From the IMG/VR virus record IMGVR_UViG_3300009376_000001: 64,000 nucleotides of DNA; one strand, given 5' to 3'. This stretch comes from a virus. Under the pieces are notes generated by a model. It did no database searches. It saw nothing but the letters and a program-made list of their open reading frames with translations, and was not told where the DNA came from. Numbering within the stretch: position 1 is the first letter of the stretch; every line of letters starts with the position of its first letter. A program made the translations under genes and the position numbers. This document shows, piece after piece, positions 44,305 to 55,186 of the stretch.

Positions 44305-47300
44305 CTACGGATGATTAATATGATTTTGACTGAAGTGGGTGTTCAATCCTGTAGTGTTCTTACCTGAATTAAAGACTACCATATACATCACACCACCTCC
44401 AATATTTTCCCAATTTCCGCCAGAAGTAGGGTCAATGTACTGACCAGTAGCGGTAACATGTGTATGTTTTAACGGTAACATAAGACCCGCAGTTCCGGCA
44501 CTGCTAACATTTACTGGAATAGTAAATGTCGTACTACTTGTCACAGTAATCTTATGCAATCCATCAATACTAGGACTGGAATTACTACCACCAATCCATA
44601 CAGCTTCATTACTACTGCGGTCATGGTCAAACGTAGTAGTAATTACCGTAGGATTCGCTGCGGAATTACTACTGATAGTGTAGTAACTATTGTAACCATC
44701 AGATGCACTATTCCAAGTTTGTTTTGCATTACGTGTTATTCGGACTTGCATCTGGACATTCGTATATTTACCACCACTTGTAGTCCATCGATATGGGTTG
44801 ATTATAGCTCCAGTATAGCTATTAGGAGTACTTTGACCAGCTACTTCCTCATGTCCACACCACGAAGTAAATACTAATGGTGCCGAATCCAACTCAGGCA
44901 AAACTATATTGAATCTGCCACTACTGTCCATCTGAGTAACATCTACAAACCCAGTAAACCCAGTCATAACCTCTGCATTTATCTTAGGAGTGTCAGTATT
45001 CCACTCATCATAAGTAGTCCCGCTATTAAAGATGTCTCTGTGAGCTATATATAATCCTGAACCTTCTGTAACTGTCCCTGAATTACGTAAATATAAAGTC
45101 GCTTCATCTGTACCAGGGTGAAAATCAGGAGTACCGCTACCTCGCTTATCTCTAGCGATAAATGTTAATCCTGCGCCTCCTTGAGCCACCCCGTCTTCTT
45201 CTGGATTGATACCTAAATGATCTATACGCATCAAATCCGTATCAAGTGTCTCTCTAGTATTATGATTAACGTATAATTTCCTAGTCCAGCGAAATTCATT
45301 CTGATAATTAGCTACGGAACTGCCTCCCTGAGGCATAATGCCTAATTCAGTGCCTAAAGGTGCATACTCTTCTCTACCTACAAACCTACCTGGCCCCTGT
45401 GGCATATAATCTAAGCCGTCTACTACCGCCTTATCGAGAGGTTGGAAGACGGCATTAGCAGTTTCCCGTGTCCGACTGACTAAGTCTCGCATAAGACGAC
45501 GTTCTGCCGACCCAGGTTCAGAGACAGAGGTCATATCTCTGAATAGAATAAGCTCACATCGCCACATTGAAGCTTCCGAATAAGAGCAAGATATGGAGTA
45601 AACTAGCCAAGCCTCATTATCAATAATGGGATCTAATCCAGTTATTTCGACATTAACTCGATCTCCGGCTCGCACCATCCTAGGACGCTTTAGATGTGAA
45701 TACATAGGAGGATATTGAATAGTAATCTTACATTCCCTAAAAAAGGCATTATTTTCAGGCTGTAATTGTGCCAAAAGAGAACGTGCTCTAGTTTCGCACT
45801 GTACCGAAGTAGTCAATGAAGAATCATCTACTACCCGCTCTTTAACTAATCCATAAGCATCAATACTAGTAGTATCTTCAGCTACTCCATATGCCCCACT
45901 ACGTCCACGTACACTTACTTTATTAACAAAATCTACAGGTTTTTCATTTAAAGCATATTCTGATATTGGGATAACTTGTTCTGTTTGTTGTTGATTATCC
46001 GATAAAGTAAGACCATATGTAATAGGTGTCGAATGCCTAACAGTGCCTACTTCCATGCCAGGATGCCAAAAATTCGGCCCGACCCATCCCTGTGAAATCT
46101 TGGCAGCAGATGTAGCAGGACTAGAAACATTACTACCTAGTCTAGCTCGTATATAATACGCCGTTTTGCCGAAACTTTGGTCAGTTGCATTAGCTTCTTT
46201 AATACCTGGCTGACAAGTCTTCCAATTATGAGGCTTATCAAAGGTCACTTCATAAGTACCACTAGCGGTAAAATCCCCAGTTTCATCAAATGAATTGAAA
46301 GTAGTCCAGTTATCAGTACCTTCACCAGCAAAATACTCATAAGTAATACCGGAATATCCAGCAGAGGACGAACTAAGAACGTCAGTAATGTTTAAACGTA
46401 TGGCAGAAAAGGGTTCATCCATGCCAAAGTAGATTGCATCGCCTATTTGCCCATTATCGACAGCATACACTTTTTCAGGAACAACAGTGCCAGCAGTTCC
46501 GGCAGTAGTTACATTCACTGGAACCGAAAAAGTAGAATCGGTTAAAACAGTTACCGTTCTTGTGCCGTCTATTACTGGAGTAGAGTTAGAACTAGCAATA
46601 ACTACCTTATGTCCTGTAGTTAAACCATGAGGGAGCAATTTAGCCACCGTTCCGGCAGTTCCTGCAGTAGTTACTCGTACAGAAATACTAAAAGTAGTAG
46701 TACTTAATACAGTAACCATCCAATGGTCCGAAATACTTGGAATTGAATTACTGTCCTCAATAATTACAATATCGCCAGTAGTTAAATTATGCGCTGCTGA
46801 AGTAGTAATTACCGTTTCTGTGGCAGCCGTGTTACTGCTAATAGTTAAGCTCGGACCAGTAGTAGTGACAACAGTAGGATTGGCAACAGTATTGCCTGTA
46901 ATACGTAAAGTAGTTCCAGAGGTCGATGAGCTAATCTCCTGACTATAATCCGTAAATTTAGAACCCGCACTAGCTGATGTATCATATCGATAACAATATT
47001 GCATGTCCCTTGTGGCAGTAGTTCCTTGAACAGTGGTATTAGCGTTATATACCCACGGTTCCTTGCCTCTATCAAAATATTTAAGCATACCTACCGGAGA
47101 AGTTTGTACGTCACGAAGATCTGCAACATTAGTAGGAGTACCGGAGATATAACAACGTACCCAAAAAAGAACTCTACTGCTAGGAGGAGTAGTAAATGCT
47201 GTAATAGTAGACGTATTACCCGCAGTTGTTACGTTTACAGGGATGCTAAAAGTAGTGGCAGACACCCTAGTAATAGTATGTACACCATCAATAGACGGAG

Positions 47301-49548
47301 TAGAGTTAGACCCTCTAATAAAAATTTTATCTCCTGTCTTTAAATTATGATTTTCAGTACTCCCACCTGCACCATCTGCAGAAGTGATAATAGTAGGATT
47401 AGCTTGAGTAATACTATTAGTACCCTTGCCTTGAAGGTATTTCAAAAATTTAGCAGAACGTCCAGATACCATCCCACTATAGGGATAATCATCTAGCATA
47501 TGGGATTTATCAAATTCGTCTAACTGAACGTCATGGTTAAACGTAGTAGTAGCCGAATCCATGAAAGTATCTGTATCCCAACGAACATCTGCATAATATT
47601 CTTGAAGAAGTCCAGATGCGCCAATATCTTTCTGCCATCCAGCATTGCCAGTACCGCTTAAACCTTGAGATGCAGTAATACGACTATTACATACGACATG
47701 TCCTGCCGTGCCTGCGGTAGTGACATTTACTGCAACGGAAAAAGTAGTAGCACTAATCCGTGTAACCGTATGAGTACCATTAATCGATGGAGTAGAGTTA
47801 GAACCAGAAATAGTAACAGAGTCGCCTGTATCTAAATTATGACGTTCTGTAGTAATGACCGTAGGATTCGCTAATGTATTACTAGAAATGGTCAATCCAG
47901 AAATAGTTTGCCACGGTTCGTTATCCGCTGCAGCACGGTATGCGTCATAATATTGCCATACAACATTTACATTTGAATAATTAGGAACATTTTGCTGTAC
48001 GGCATGGAACTGTACACCATTAAACGGATATTCCGATCCAAAATACCAAGTACTATTCGCATTCCCTAAAAATTTAGTAACTACACTATTAGAATTCCAT
48101 AATGCTCTATTACCTGTACCAGCATTGCCTCCATCCATATTAAGAGCAGTCCAGGTGCCTCCTGGCCCATCTCGACCCGTTGTCCATCCACTTCCAGCAG
48201 TATTATGTGTATATCTCCAGACTTCGGAGAAGAATTCCGGATCGTCGCACCTAATATCATGAAATAAATCAGGTTTAGTATATAATTCTACTGTCTGAAC
48301 TCGTGCAAATGTAGAGTTATTAACAGTACGAACATAGGTACGCACCCAATACCTATTGGTATTACGTCTATCATCGCCATGATCTACCTTAGAGATAGCA
48401 GCACTATTCACATCTTCAACTAAGGTAGTCCCAGAACTAGCCCACGGGGCTGCCCAGTTCTCTGTAGCATCATTAGCCGTATGCATATCCGGCGTAGTGC
48501 CTAAATCCCTTTTGCCCCAATTAGTTAAATTACTAATAGTCCAGTATGTAGAACCATAAGTCTTACCACTATCTAAACCAAACTCAGAATCTGCAGTAGG
48601 TGTAAAATTAGTCCAAGCAGTGCCATTCCAATACTGCCACTGCACAGTTTGAGTCTGATTAGATGCCTGAATAGTATTACCACGAGTTAAAAGTGTATAT
48701 CTTATCCCATCAAACTTAGTATTAGAGCCAAAATATAAGATATCCGTAGTTTCAGGCGTATCCGTATCTTGATATCCAGTTGGACTTACGAAGTGACTAG
48801 ACCCATCTACCACACGACGAGTTAAATCCGTCCAATAAGTACGAGGATATCGTTCAGGGTCTGAAGTATGGTTAGCATGTGAAGGGTCAGTAGGGTCAGG
48901 ATGGTAATAAAAGACCATTAAATCTTGCTGAGGGTCTTCACTAGCTAGATCATGTATCGCTTCCAGTCCTGTTTTAACGCCTCTATAGGAAAAATCATCA
49001 GGAGTATCCGAAGAAACTGTCCTATAGTTGCCTTTTTGGCTGTAATTACGAGAAATAAGTTCACTATAGGCCGACGGATCCATCTTTAACCGTCGAAGTA
49101 AAGTGCGTTCTAAATCTCCACCCGTAGTAGGCTTATAAGTATCATTTTCTAAGATCCTATTAGCTATAAAACTACGAGTAGCAGCAGTTATAGTGCCATT
49201 TGTCTCAACCGCTTCCACGGTACGGTCTGCAATATCGTCTAAAAAGTCTCTACAAGTAAGAACTAGGGTCTGCCTATGAAAATCTTCCTCAATACTGACT
49301 ACTCGCCCTAAAAATGCCACCACACCGTAGTCTTCTAATAAACGAACACGAGTCATTGGTTGATACCAACCTACACGTGACCCCTTAAGATTAGAAACTG
49401 TGACTCTTAGAACTCGACTACGATTACCGATACTATCTATTAAAGAATAATCTTTAAAATTCTTTTCAGTAATCCATTGTTCTTGTTTAGTACGGTCTAA
49501 TTTAACAGACGTAGAAAATTGAAAATTAGTACTAAGAATTGTAGGCAT
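44305..49548 (-). CDS. Large tail tip/hub (central fibre-like) protein with inserted repeat domains
   Basis: N-terminal hub-like FLGRV...LTCRD; C-terminal VNKVSVRG...D..SI..YG...A..LL; five ~65-aa NP.V.T..H.L..GD...SNSTP.IDG...TTF repeats; downstream of tape measure. Confidence 0.8.
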   Translation of the reverse strand: MPTILSTNFQFSTSVKLDRTKQEQWITEKNFKDYSLIDSIGNRSRVLRVTVSNLKGSRVGWYQPMTRVRLLEDYGVVAFLGRVVSIEEDFHRQTLVLTCRDFLDDIADRTVEAVETNGTITAATRSFIANRILENDTYKPTTGGDLERTLLRRLKMDPSAYSELISRNYSQKGNYRTVSSDTPDDFSYRGVKTGLEAIHDLASEDPQQDLMVFYYHPDPTDPSHANHTSDPERYPRTYWTDLTRRVVDGSSHFVSPTGYQDTDTPETTDILYFGSNTKFDGIRYTLLTRGNTIQASNQTQTVQWQYWNGTAWTNFTPTADSEFGLDSGKTYGSTYWTISNLTNWGKRDLGTTPDMHTANDATENWAAPWASSGTTLVEDVNSAAISKVDHGDDRRNTNRYWVRTYVRTVNNSTFARVQTVELYTKPDLFHDIRCDDPEFFSEVWRYTHNTAGSGWTTGRDGPGGTWTALNMDGGNAGTGNRALWNSNSVVTKFLGNANSTWYFGSEYPFNGVQFHAVQQNVPNYSNVNVVWQYYDAYRAAADNEPWQTISGLTISSNTLANPTVITTERHNLDTGDSVTISGSNSTPSINGTHTVTRISATTFSVAVNVTTAGTAGHVVCNSRITASQGLSGTGNAGWQKDIGASGLLQEYYADVRWDTDTFMDSATTTFNHDVQLDEFDKSHMLDDYPYSGMVSGRSAKFLKYLQGKGTNSITQANPTIITSADGAGGSTENHNLKTGDKIFIRGSNSTPSIDGVHTITRVSATTFSIPVNVTTAGNTSTITAFTTPPSSRVLFWVRCYISGTPTNVADLRDVQTSPVGMLKYFDRGKEPWVYNANTTVQGTTATRDMQYCYRYDTSASAGSKFTDYSQEISSSTSGTTLRITGNTVANPTVVTTTGPSLTISSNTAATETVITTSAAHNLTTGDIVIIEDSNSIPSISDHWMVTVLSTTTFSISVRVTTAGTAGTVAKLLPHGLTTGHKVVIASSNSTPVIDGTRTVTVLTDSTFSVPVNVTTAGTAGTVVPEKVYAVDNGQIGDAIYFGMDEPFSAIRLNITDVLSSSSAGYSGITYEYFAGEGTDNWTTFNSFDETGDFTASGTYEVTFDKPHNWKTCQPGIKEANATDQSFGKTAYYIRARLGSNVSSPATSAAKISQGWVGPNFWHPGMEVGTVRHSTPITYGLTLSDNQQQTEQVIPISEYALNEKPVDFVNKVSVRGRSGAYGVAEDTTSIDAYGLVKERVVDDSSLTTSVQCETRARSLLAQLQPENNAFFRECKITIQYPPMYSHLKRPRMVRAGDRVNVEITGLDPIIDNEAWLVYSISCSYSEASMWRCELILFRDMTSVSEPGSAERRLMRDLVSRTRETANAVFQPLDKAVVDGLDYMPQGPGRFVGREEYAPLGTELGIMPQGGSSVANYQNEFRWTRKLYVNHNTRETLDTDLMRIDHLGINPEEDGVAQGGAGLTFIARDKRGSGTPDFHPGTDEATLYLRNSGTVTEGSGLYIAHRDIFNSGTTYDEWNTDTPKINAEVMTGFTGFVDVTQMDSSGRFNIVLPELDSAPLVFTSWCGHEEVAGQSTPNSYTGAIINPYRWTTSGGKYTNVQMQVRITRNAKQTWNSASDGYNSYYTISSNSAANPTVITTTFDHDRSSNEAVWIGGSNSSPSIDGLHKITVTSSTTFTIPVNVSSAGTAGLMLPLKHTHVTATGQYIDPTSGGNWENIGGGVMYMVVFNSGKNTTGLNTHFSQNHINHP

Positions 49549-49558
49549 ATGCTAAAAA

Positions 49559-50887
49559 TTAGCCCCCTGTATCAACTTGACGCATTTGCATTTCATTCTT
49601 TAATACTACAAATTCTGCAGTAAAATTCCAAATATCAGGACGACCTCCCTGATTAACAACAGATACTCTATTAAATAATCCTCGATATCTATGTCGTCCT
49701 TTATAATTTGGAGTAGGATCCCAAGAACTATAAACAGTAGTCCCTAGAGGTGGAGAAGAAGTACCTTGCTCTTCTTGGCTGGAAAAAAAGCCATCAACCT
49801 CATATTGCTTAATACCATTAACTATGTCACCTCTATTGCCAGACGAGGTAATATTCATATTAACAGTAAAAGTAGTAGCACTGGGTACTGACGCAACAGT
49901 ATATTCACCAGATAGAACAGGTGTAGAATTAGTATTTCTAATTTCGGCTCTAAGTCCCACAGCAAGATTATGCGCTGCTGATGTAGTAATCACAGTAGGA
50001 CTAGCTGCCGAAATACCTGTAATACGCAAAGGACTAAAATGTCTTCTATGAGGTTGACGTTTAGCATGCCTACTTTGTTGCCAATGCCATGCATTTTCTC
50101 CACTATGTTCTCGACCACGTGGATCATTGCTAGGCTGATCCCCTTCATACGTAGTATCATCCCCAGCATCACGAGCAGTCATCGGTCCAATAGTTAACGC
50201 TGGAAATTTATTAATATTCAACCAAGCTCTATCTTTAGTATCCTGAAAATTATGTGTAAAACCGTACTGTGCTCTACACATATCCAATAGATGTTGTCGT
50301 CGAAGATGATGACCACTGGTAGACGAAGGATGAAGTCGCCTATCAACTATTAGTCCTTGAATACTGATAACTTCTCGCATCATGCCTAAATCTATAGAAA
50401 GGGCATTTAATTGTTCAGTAACCCTAGTAGTATTTTTAGAATTCTTTCTAATACCCGGCAAAGGCATGACCCCTGTTAATGTTTGCCATGTATGAGTAAT
50501 CATGCTCGCATCAACTTCAAATTCATTAGCTAATATAAGATCTTGAGTATTACGCTGGTCTGTAGTAGCCGTTCCTTTGCCTCCTGGCGCAGAATACCCT
50601 CCTAACGTCTTAGACATAACATGAGGACTAATCGTATCTTGCCAATGATTAGACTTTTCTATGCTAGTCCAATATGTAGTAGAACTAACTTCAAGAGCCA
50701 TAGTAGGGTCAGCAGCAGCTATCGCACTAGGCTGATCCGGATAATCATACGTTCCAGCACTTTTGGCTTTACCATAAGGAGATGTTTGTAAATAAACCTC
50801 ATCCACATCAGGTCGATAAGGATCATAAGGAAAACTTAATATAAGTTTACGAGTAAGATTATTAGCTGTATTTTGATATTGGGTCAT
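49559..50887 (-). CDS. Distal-tail-like protein, paralog B
   Basis: Position after tape measure; DLGM.RE.I.IQG.IVD and YRG...GG.P..W.F..EF.V motifs. Confidence 0.65.
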   Translation of the reverse strand: MTQYQNTANNLTRKLILSFPYDPYRPDVDEVYLQTSPYGKAKSAGTYDYPDQPSAIAAADPTMALEVSSTTYWTSIEKSNHWQDTISPHVMSKTLGGYSAPGGKGTATTDQRNTQDLILANEFEVDASMITHTWQTLTGVMPLPGIRKNSKNTTRVTEQLNALSIDLGMMREVISIQGLIVDRRLHPSSTSGHHLRRQHLLDMCRAQYGFTHNFQDTKDRAWLNINKFPALTIGPMTARDAGDDTTYEGDQPSNDPRGREHSGENAWHWQQSRHAKRQPHRRHFSPLRITGISAASPTVITTSAAHNLAVGLRAEIRNTNSTPVLSGEYTVASVPSATTFTVNMNITSSGNRGDIVNGIKQYEVDGFFSSQEEQGTSSPPLGTTVYSSWDPTPNYKGRHRYRGLFNRVSVVNQGGRPDIWNFTAEFVVLKNEMQMRQVDTGG

Positions 50888-52461
50888 TATTCTCCATTAG
50901 CCTCCAGTTCATCAATATCTAACCCAGCATTCGGATCTATTTCTAATGTAGCAATAATAGCGGAATCATTTGTGCCATGAAAACTTATATATCCTTCACT
51001 ACCGTCATCCCAATAGATAGATTCATTGATTGCTTGACCGTTTATCGTATCGTTTTGAGTATCAGTAAAACAACCAAAACTAGTATTAATTTCATTTAAA
51101 GCACTGAAATTATTATACCGTCCATATGTAGCAATCTCCTCTGCATTACTCGTAGCAGTTGCCATCTGCTCCGCAGATAAAGCAGAATATAAACGAAAAG
51201 TATTAGTATTAGTATCTACTTTATAAATCAAATAACCACCATCAATCTTAGGCGTACTATTAGTATTCATGAGAGTAATAGGTTGAAAATTCACTAAACC
51301 TTCTTCTTCTACTACACTAATATCACCACTACTCAAATTTTTAGGTATGGCTAAATCCTGTGCAGTTCGAATTTCTATTTCAACATCAGGATTAGGACTC
51401 CAACGTTCTGTTTGAGTAGCATAATCTGAATGACCAAAACCTTCTTTAGTTCTCGGATCTCTACCTGTAGGAAAAGCAGTAGGTTCCGTTGCTCCTGTTC
51501 CCCATCCCGCTCCTCCTGTATTGCCAGAATCTGCTTCAACTAATCTAATTCTATTAACACGACATATCCCAGATTGTAAACCTTCAGCAGCAAAATTACG
51601 GCCTTGAGGATGTTCATTTTGAAATACGGTAAATTCCATATTCCAGAACCACCTATTAGGCAATCCTCCATCTTGTCTAAAAGATAAACTCTTAATTAAC
51701 CCACGATATGATAAATTCATACCAGAAGGTTGATCCCCTACGGCCCAGTTCTCTCCTTGATCACCTAACCCAGCATTTAATTCCTGATCATATATAGTCA
51801 AACATGTATAGGCACGAGGATTAAGAGGTCCGCCTGCCCTACCTCCCCACCGATTTCCACTTTGACTACGTCCAGTTTTATAATACTGTAAACGAGCAAT
51901 GTTTAATAAAACTTGTTTACGGGGATTAGTAGCTGAAATCTCTCCTTCATCTACTAAAACACCGTCTAATTTGATGGATTCAGTTCGCATGCCTAAGGCA
52001 ATAACAATATTATGTAATTGCCCAGGAGTACCAGCGTCTTGTTTAGCTCCAGTTGCATTATCAACACCAGGTAACGGAGATACCATTGTGTTGTCAGCAA
52101 CATCATGACTAATAGAATTACAACGTAATTGAAAAGCAGTTGTAGTTGGAGGTCGATGTTGTCCTCTAGCTACTAGTGTAATTTCATTATTTTCTTCTGA
52201 AATCAGCATCTGATGGGCTTTAACTGTATCTTGTGCTACCCCATTCGCATAATTCTCAATCATGCCACTATCAGTAGCTTCTTTTACTAAATCCCAACGA
52301 GGAAAATCTACAAAATATAACTTTTGATTAGACCCTACGTACTGGTTAGGAAGTCCATAAACCTTACGTAAATCTGAATCAGCTAATGCAGTTCCGTCCG
52401 GTGTGCCAGTTTCCGTCATATTAGCGTCACTAGCAGCCTGAATTGTAATCGTAATAGCCAT
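50887..52461 (-). CDS. Distal-tail-like protein, paralog A
   Basis: Directly after tape measure; same motifs as 49559-50887. Confidence 0.65.
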   Translation of the reverse strand: MAITITIQAASDANMTETGTPDGTALADSDLRKVYGLPNQYVGSNQKLYFVDFPRWDLVKEATDSGMIENYANGVAQDTVKAHQMLISEENNEITLVARGQHRPPTTTAFQLRCNSISHDVADNTMVSPLPGVDNATGAKQDAGTPGQLHNIVIALGMRTESIKLDGVLVDEGEISATNPRKQVLLNIARLQYYKTGRSQSGNRWGGRAGGPLNPRAYTCLTIYDQELNAGLGDQGENWAVGDQPSGMNLSYRGLIKSLSFRQDGGLPNRWFWNMEFTVFQNEHPQGRNFAAEGLQSGICRVNRIRLVEADSGNTGGAGWGTGATEPTAFPTGRDPRTKEGFGHSDYATQTERWSPNPDVEIEIRTAQDLAIPKNLSSGDISVVEEEGLVNFQPITLMNTNSTPKIDGGYLIYKVDTNTNTFRLYSALSAEQMATATSNAEEIATYGRYNNFSALNEINTSFGCFTDTQNDTINGQAINESIYWDDGSEGYISFHGTNDSAIIATLEIDPNAGLDIDELEANGE

Positions 52462-52471
52462 TTATGATCTT

Positions 52472-54745
52472 CTATACCCCATTAAAGAACGAAGTTTCAT
52501 CCATATGATCGATACGAGCTAAATCACCTATAATATCCTGCACTGTCGCACGAGTATTAATATTAACGTTCATAACACGAGTGGAACTAACACCGCCTCG
52601 ACGACCAGAACTACCTCGACGACCAGTAAAGTAATCACTTAATGGATCACGGGAATAATAATCATCCATCCATGCAGCTTCGGCATAATTAGGAGTCTCT
52701 TCTCGTTGAAATCCTCCTTCAGGAGGGCCATAATCAGCAAAAGACTCCGCTGAAGGGCCAGAATCACTACCTGAGCCAACTTCATGTATTCCTGAGGGGA
52801 CATCAACTACTGCTGGAGGATCGGGTGGTTCCGGCGGAGTCCATCCTCCGTCATCCTCCTCGTAATACTCTTCTTCTTGGGCAACGGGTGGTACTATCGG
52901 TTTTGTATAACATAATCCATCAGGATTAGTACTTTGCCACGGATGAGTTTCTCCGCATATTACTTCATTTTTCCTAATAAACCCCTTAAGACCTGATACT
53001 TGGCTGGCACCAGCCCCATAATAATTGCCTATTCCTCCATACATCCAACCCCAAGGAGTATCATCATCACTACCTGACCATGTATTCCGCCACTCATCAG
53101 TCCAGGTTACTACTGCTTGAGTCGCCTTTTTAAAAGCAAATTTTGGCTCTGCAAGAGTTGAATTTATTTGTGTCTGGAGAGAATTCATTTCGTCAATCAT
53201 ACTCTGAATTTCTGCAGCCGAAGTATCAGGAATCGCAGGATCCGCTAATGCTTGAATAGCAGTTTCTAGCCTACTAGCAAGACTATTAGCCAGTGCAGCG
53301 GGTGCTCCGCCTAATGCTCGTCCTTGTTCTACTAAGTTATGGATAGCTTCAACATCAAGGATATCGCCATCTACACCCATTTGCACTGCATGAACGCCAT
53401 TTTCAACTAAGTCAGCTAAAGAAGTCCATTGAGCATTTACACATTGATTAGCGATAGTAAAGCAATTATTAATCTCATCTGCAACTGAAGAATCTAATAC
53501 GAAATCTCCTAAACTAAGAGTAGAAAGTGTTCTTTCTATTTCATTTGTAATCTTATCAAATCCAGGATCAAAACCATCTAATGGGTTAACTATATTACCC
53601 GCTGCCATTTCGGCTGCTTTGGCTTCAGTAGCTGTTTCATCTTCCATTTGCTGATAAATACTAGAAATATCATCCCAAGTATTAGGCAAATGTCCTCGGA
53701 TAACTGCATCATCGAATCTAGCTAAATCTCCGCCGGGTCCCATCTGTTTCTGCTCATGTTGAATCGCAAAAGTTTGAACAGCCTCGGCTCCCTCAGCTAA
53801 TGATTGAGTAATATTGCCTAAAAACATCCCAACACCAGCCTGAGCACCTTGCATCTGACCTACTACATCAGAAGGAACTACTAATTCACCACCGTGTAGA
53901 GTAGCTGAAACGGCTGCACCTGGCCCTCCAGGGATTATGCCTCCTAATTGATTTAAACCTGCATCTGTAGTGTCATCATCGCCTCCAAAGCCCAACGCTC
54001 CCGCAATCTTTGTTCCTGCAAACCGTCCCGGTAAAGTCATTGGATTAGCGTAACTAGCTATCTTGCCCCATTTCACAATGGTGTCAGATACATCAACATC
54101 ACCTTGTTCATTAGTGGATGCAACGATATTCTTAGCCGTCCATTTTGTTGCCTCTCTAATGGCTACACCCAGTGCAGGAATAGCGGTAAATAGAAACCAA
54201 TTTTGAAGTTTTCCCAGCAATGGAGACACCGTATTCCAAAAGCCTCCAGTTCGAACATCGGTAATAAATTGTTCTATCCAAGCTGCAGTTTTTGCCCCCG
54301 CTTCAGAGAACATAGGAATATGCTGCATAAGCATCTGCATGCCTCTCATTGCCAAAGGCAAGAAAGGAAGCAAGAATACGTCAGCCATTGCTCCAAATAT
54401 CTTAAAGAAAGAACCTGCTATGCCTTGAAAGACCTTACTACTCTCCATTATTTGTTTTACGAAACCTAGCATGCCGGAAACACCAGCAGTAATCACACCT
54501 ATAGGACCACCTTGCTTAAACGCACCTGCCATACCCTCCATCATGCCTGCACCAGGAAGTTGTTTAGCTATTTGACCTAAACCTTTAACTATTTCTCCTG
54601 GCCCACCTTGCCCAAACATAGCAGTATTTATCCTGCCACCGGAAGATGTTGCCGAACCAGCTAATGCTGTTCCTGCTCCTCCTACCGTACTAGCAGCACG
54701 ACTTACATTTTGTAATATAACGGGTATTGTTATGGGTCCGGGCAT
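52472..54745 (-). CDS. Tape measure protein
   Basis: Gly/Ala-rich amphipathic helices, GGIIPG...ATLHGGELVVP motif; follows frameshifted chaperone. Confidence 0.8.
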   Translation of the reverse strand: MPGPITIPVILQNVSRAASTVGGAGTALAGSATSSGGRINTAMFGQGGPGEIVKGLGQIAKQLPGAGMMEGMAGAFKQGGPIGVITAGVSGMLGFVKQIMESSKVFQGIAGSFFKIFGAMADVFLLPFLPLAMRGMQMLMQHIPMFSEAGAKTAAWIEQFITDVRTGGFWNTVSPLLGKLQNWFLFTAIPALGVAIREATKWTAKNIVASTNEQGDVDVSDTIVKWGKIASYANPMTLPGRFAGTKIAGALGFGGDDDTTDAGLNQLGGIIPGGPGAAVSATLHGGELVVPSDVVGQMQGAQAGVGMFLGNITQSLAEGAEAVQTFAIQHEQKQMGPGGDLARFDDAVIRGHLPNTWDDISSIYQQMEDETATEAKAAEMAAGNIVNPLDGFDPGFDKITNEIERTLSTLSLGDFVLDSSVADEINNCFTIANQCVNAQWTSLADLVENGVHAVQMGVDGDILDVEAIHNLVEQGRALGGAPAALANSLASRLETAIQALADPAIPDTSAAEIQSMIDEMNSLQTQINSTLAEPKFAFKKATQAVVTWTDEWRNTWSGSDDDTPWGWMYGGIGNYYGAGASQVSGLKGFIRKNEVICGETHPWQSTNPDGLCYTKPIVPPVAQEEEYYEEDDGGWTPPEPPDPPAVVDVPSGIHEVGSGSDSGPSAESFADYGPPEGGFQREETPNYAEAAWMDDYYSRDPLSDYFTGRRGSSGRRGGVSSTRVMNVNINTRATVQDIIGDLARIDHMDETSFFNGV

Positions 54746-54808
54746 AATGTCTCACCTAGAACATAATAAAGAGTACTTATATTGTATCAAAAATTGAAAA
54801 AATTACCA

Positions 54809-55186
54809 TTAATCCCCAGCAGGGAAAGGATATCGAACTGCATGCTCAGAAGGTGGAGGAGGTCTTCTCAAACGAGTACGTGGAGGGCGAGTACCTTTAA
54901 TAGTATTAGCATTACCTAAAGAAGGAGGAGCATCTGTTTCTTGAGCAGGAGTAGTAGTGATCTGGTAATCCTGTGGCCTTGCATTCGTAGACGCAGCACC
55001 TTGGATTCCTCCATTGAAAACTCCTATTATCTCAGAAAGAAGATTTTGAACAACAAAAAAACGCCGGAAAACAGATAGATCATCCATTTCATATATCTCT
55101 TCACGAGAATATCCGGCGAATTTTACTAAAATCTCAGCCTTTATGCGAATACTTAACGCATCTTTGCCCTCATCTACGCTTTTTTT
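54809..55186 (-). CDS. Tail assembly chaperone -1 frameshift extension (gpGT-like)
   Basis: -1 frame open from slippery A7 (55180-55186): SVDEGKDALSIRIKAEILVKFAGYSREEIYEMDDLSVFRR..., continuous with track ORF 54809-55087. Confidence 0.8.
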   Translation of the reverse strand, partial: KKSVDEGKDALSIRIKAEILVKFAGYSREEIYEMDDLSVFRRFFVVQNLLSEIIGVFNGGIQGAASTNARPQDYQITTTPAQETDAPPSLGNANTIKGTRPPRTRLRRPPPPSEHAVRYPFPAGD

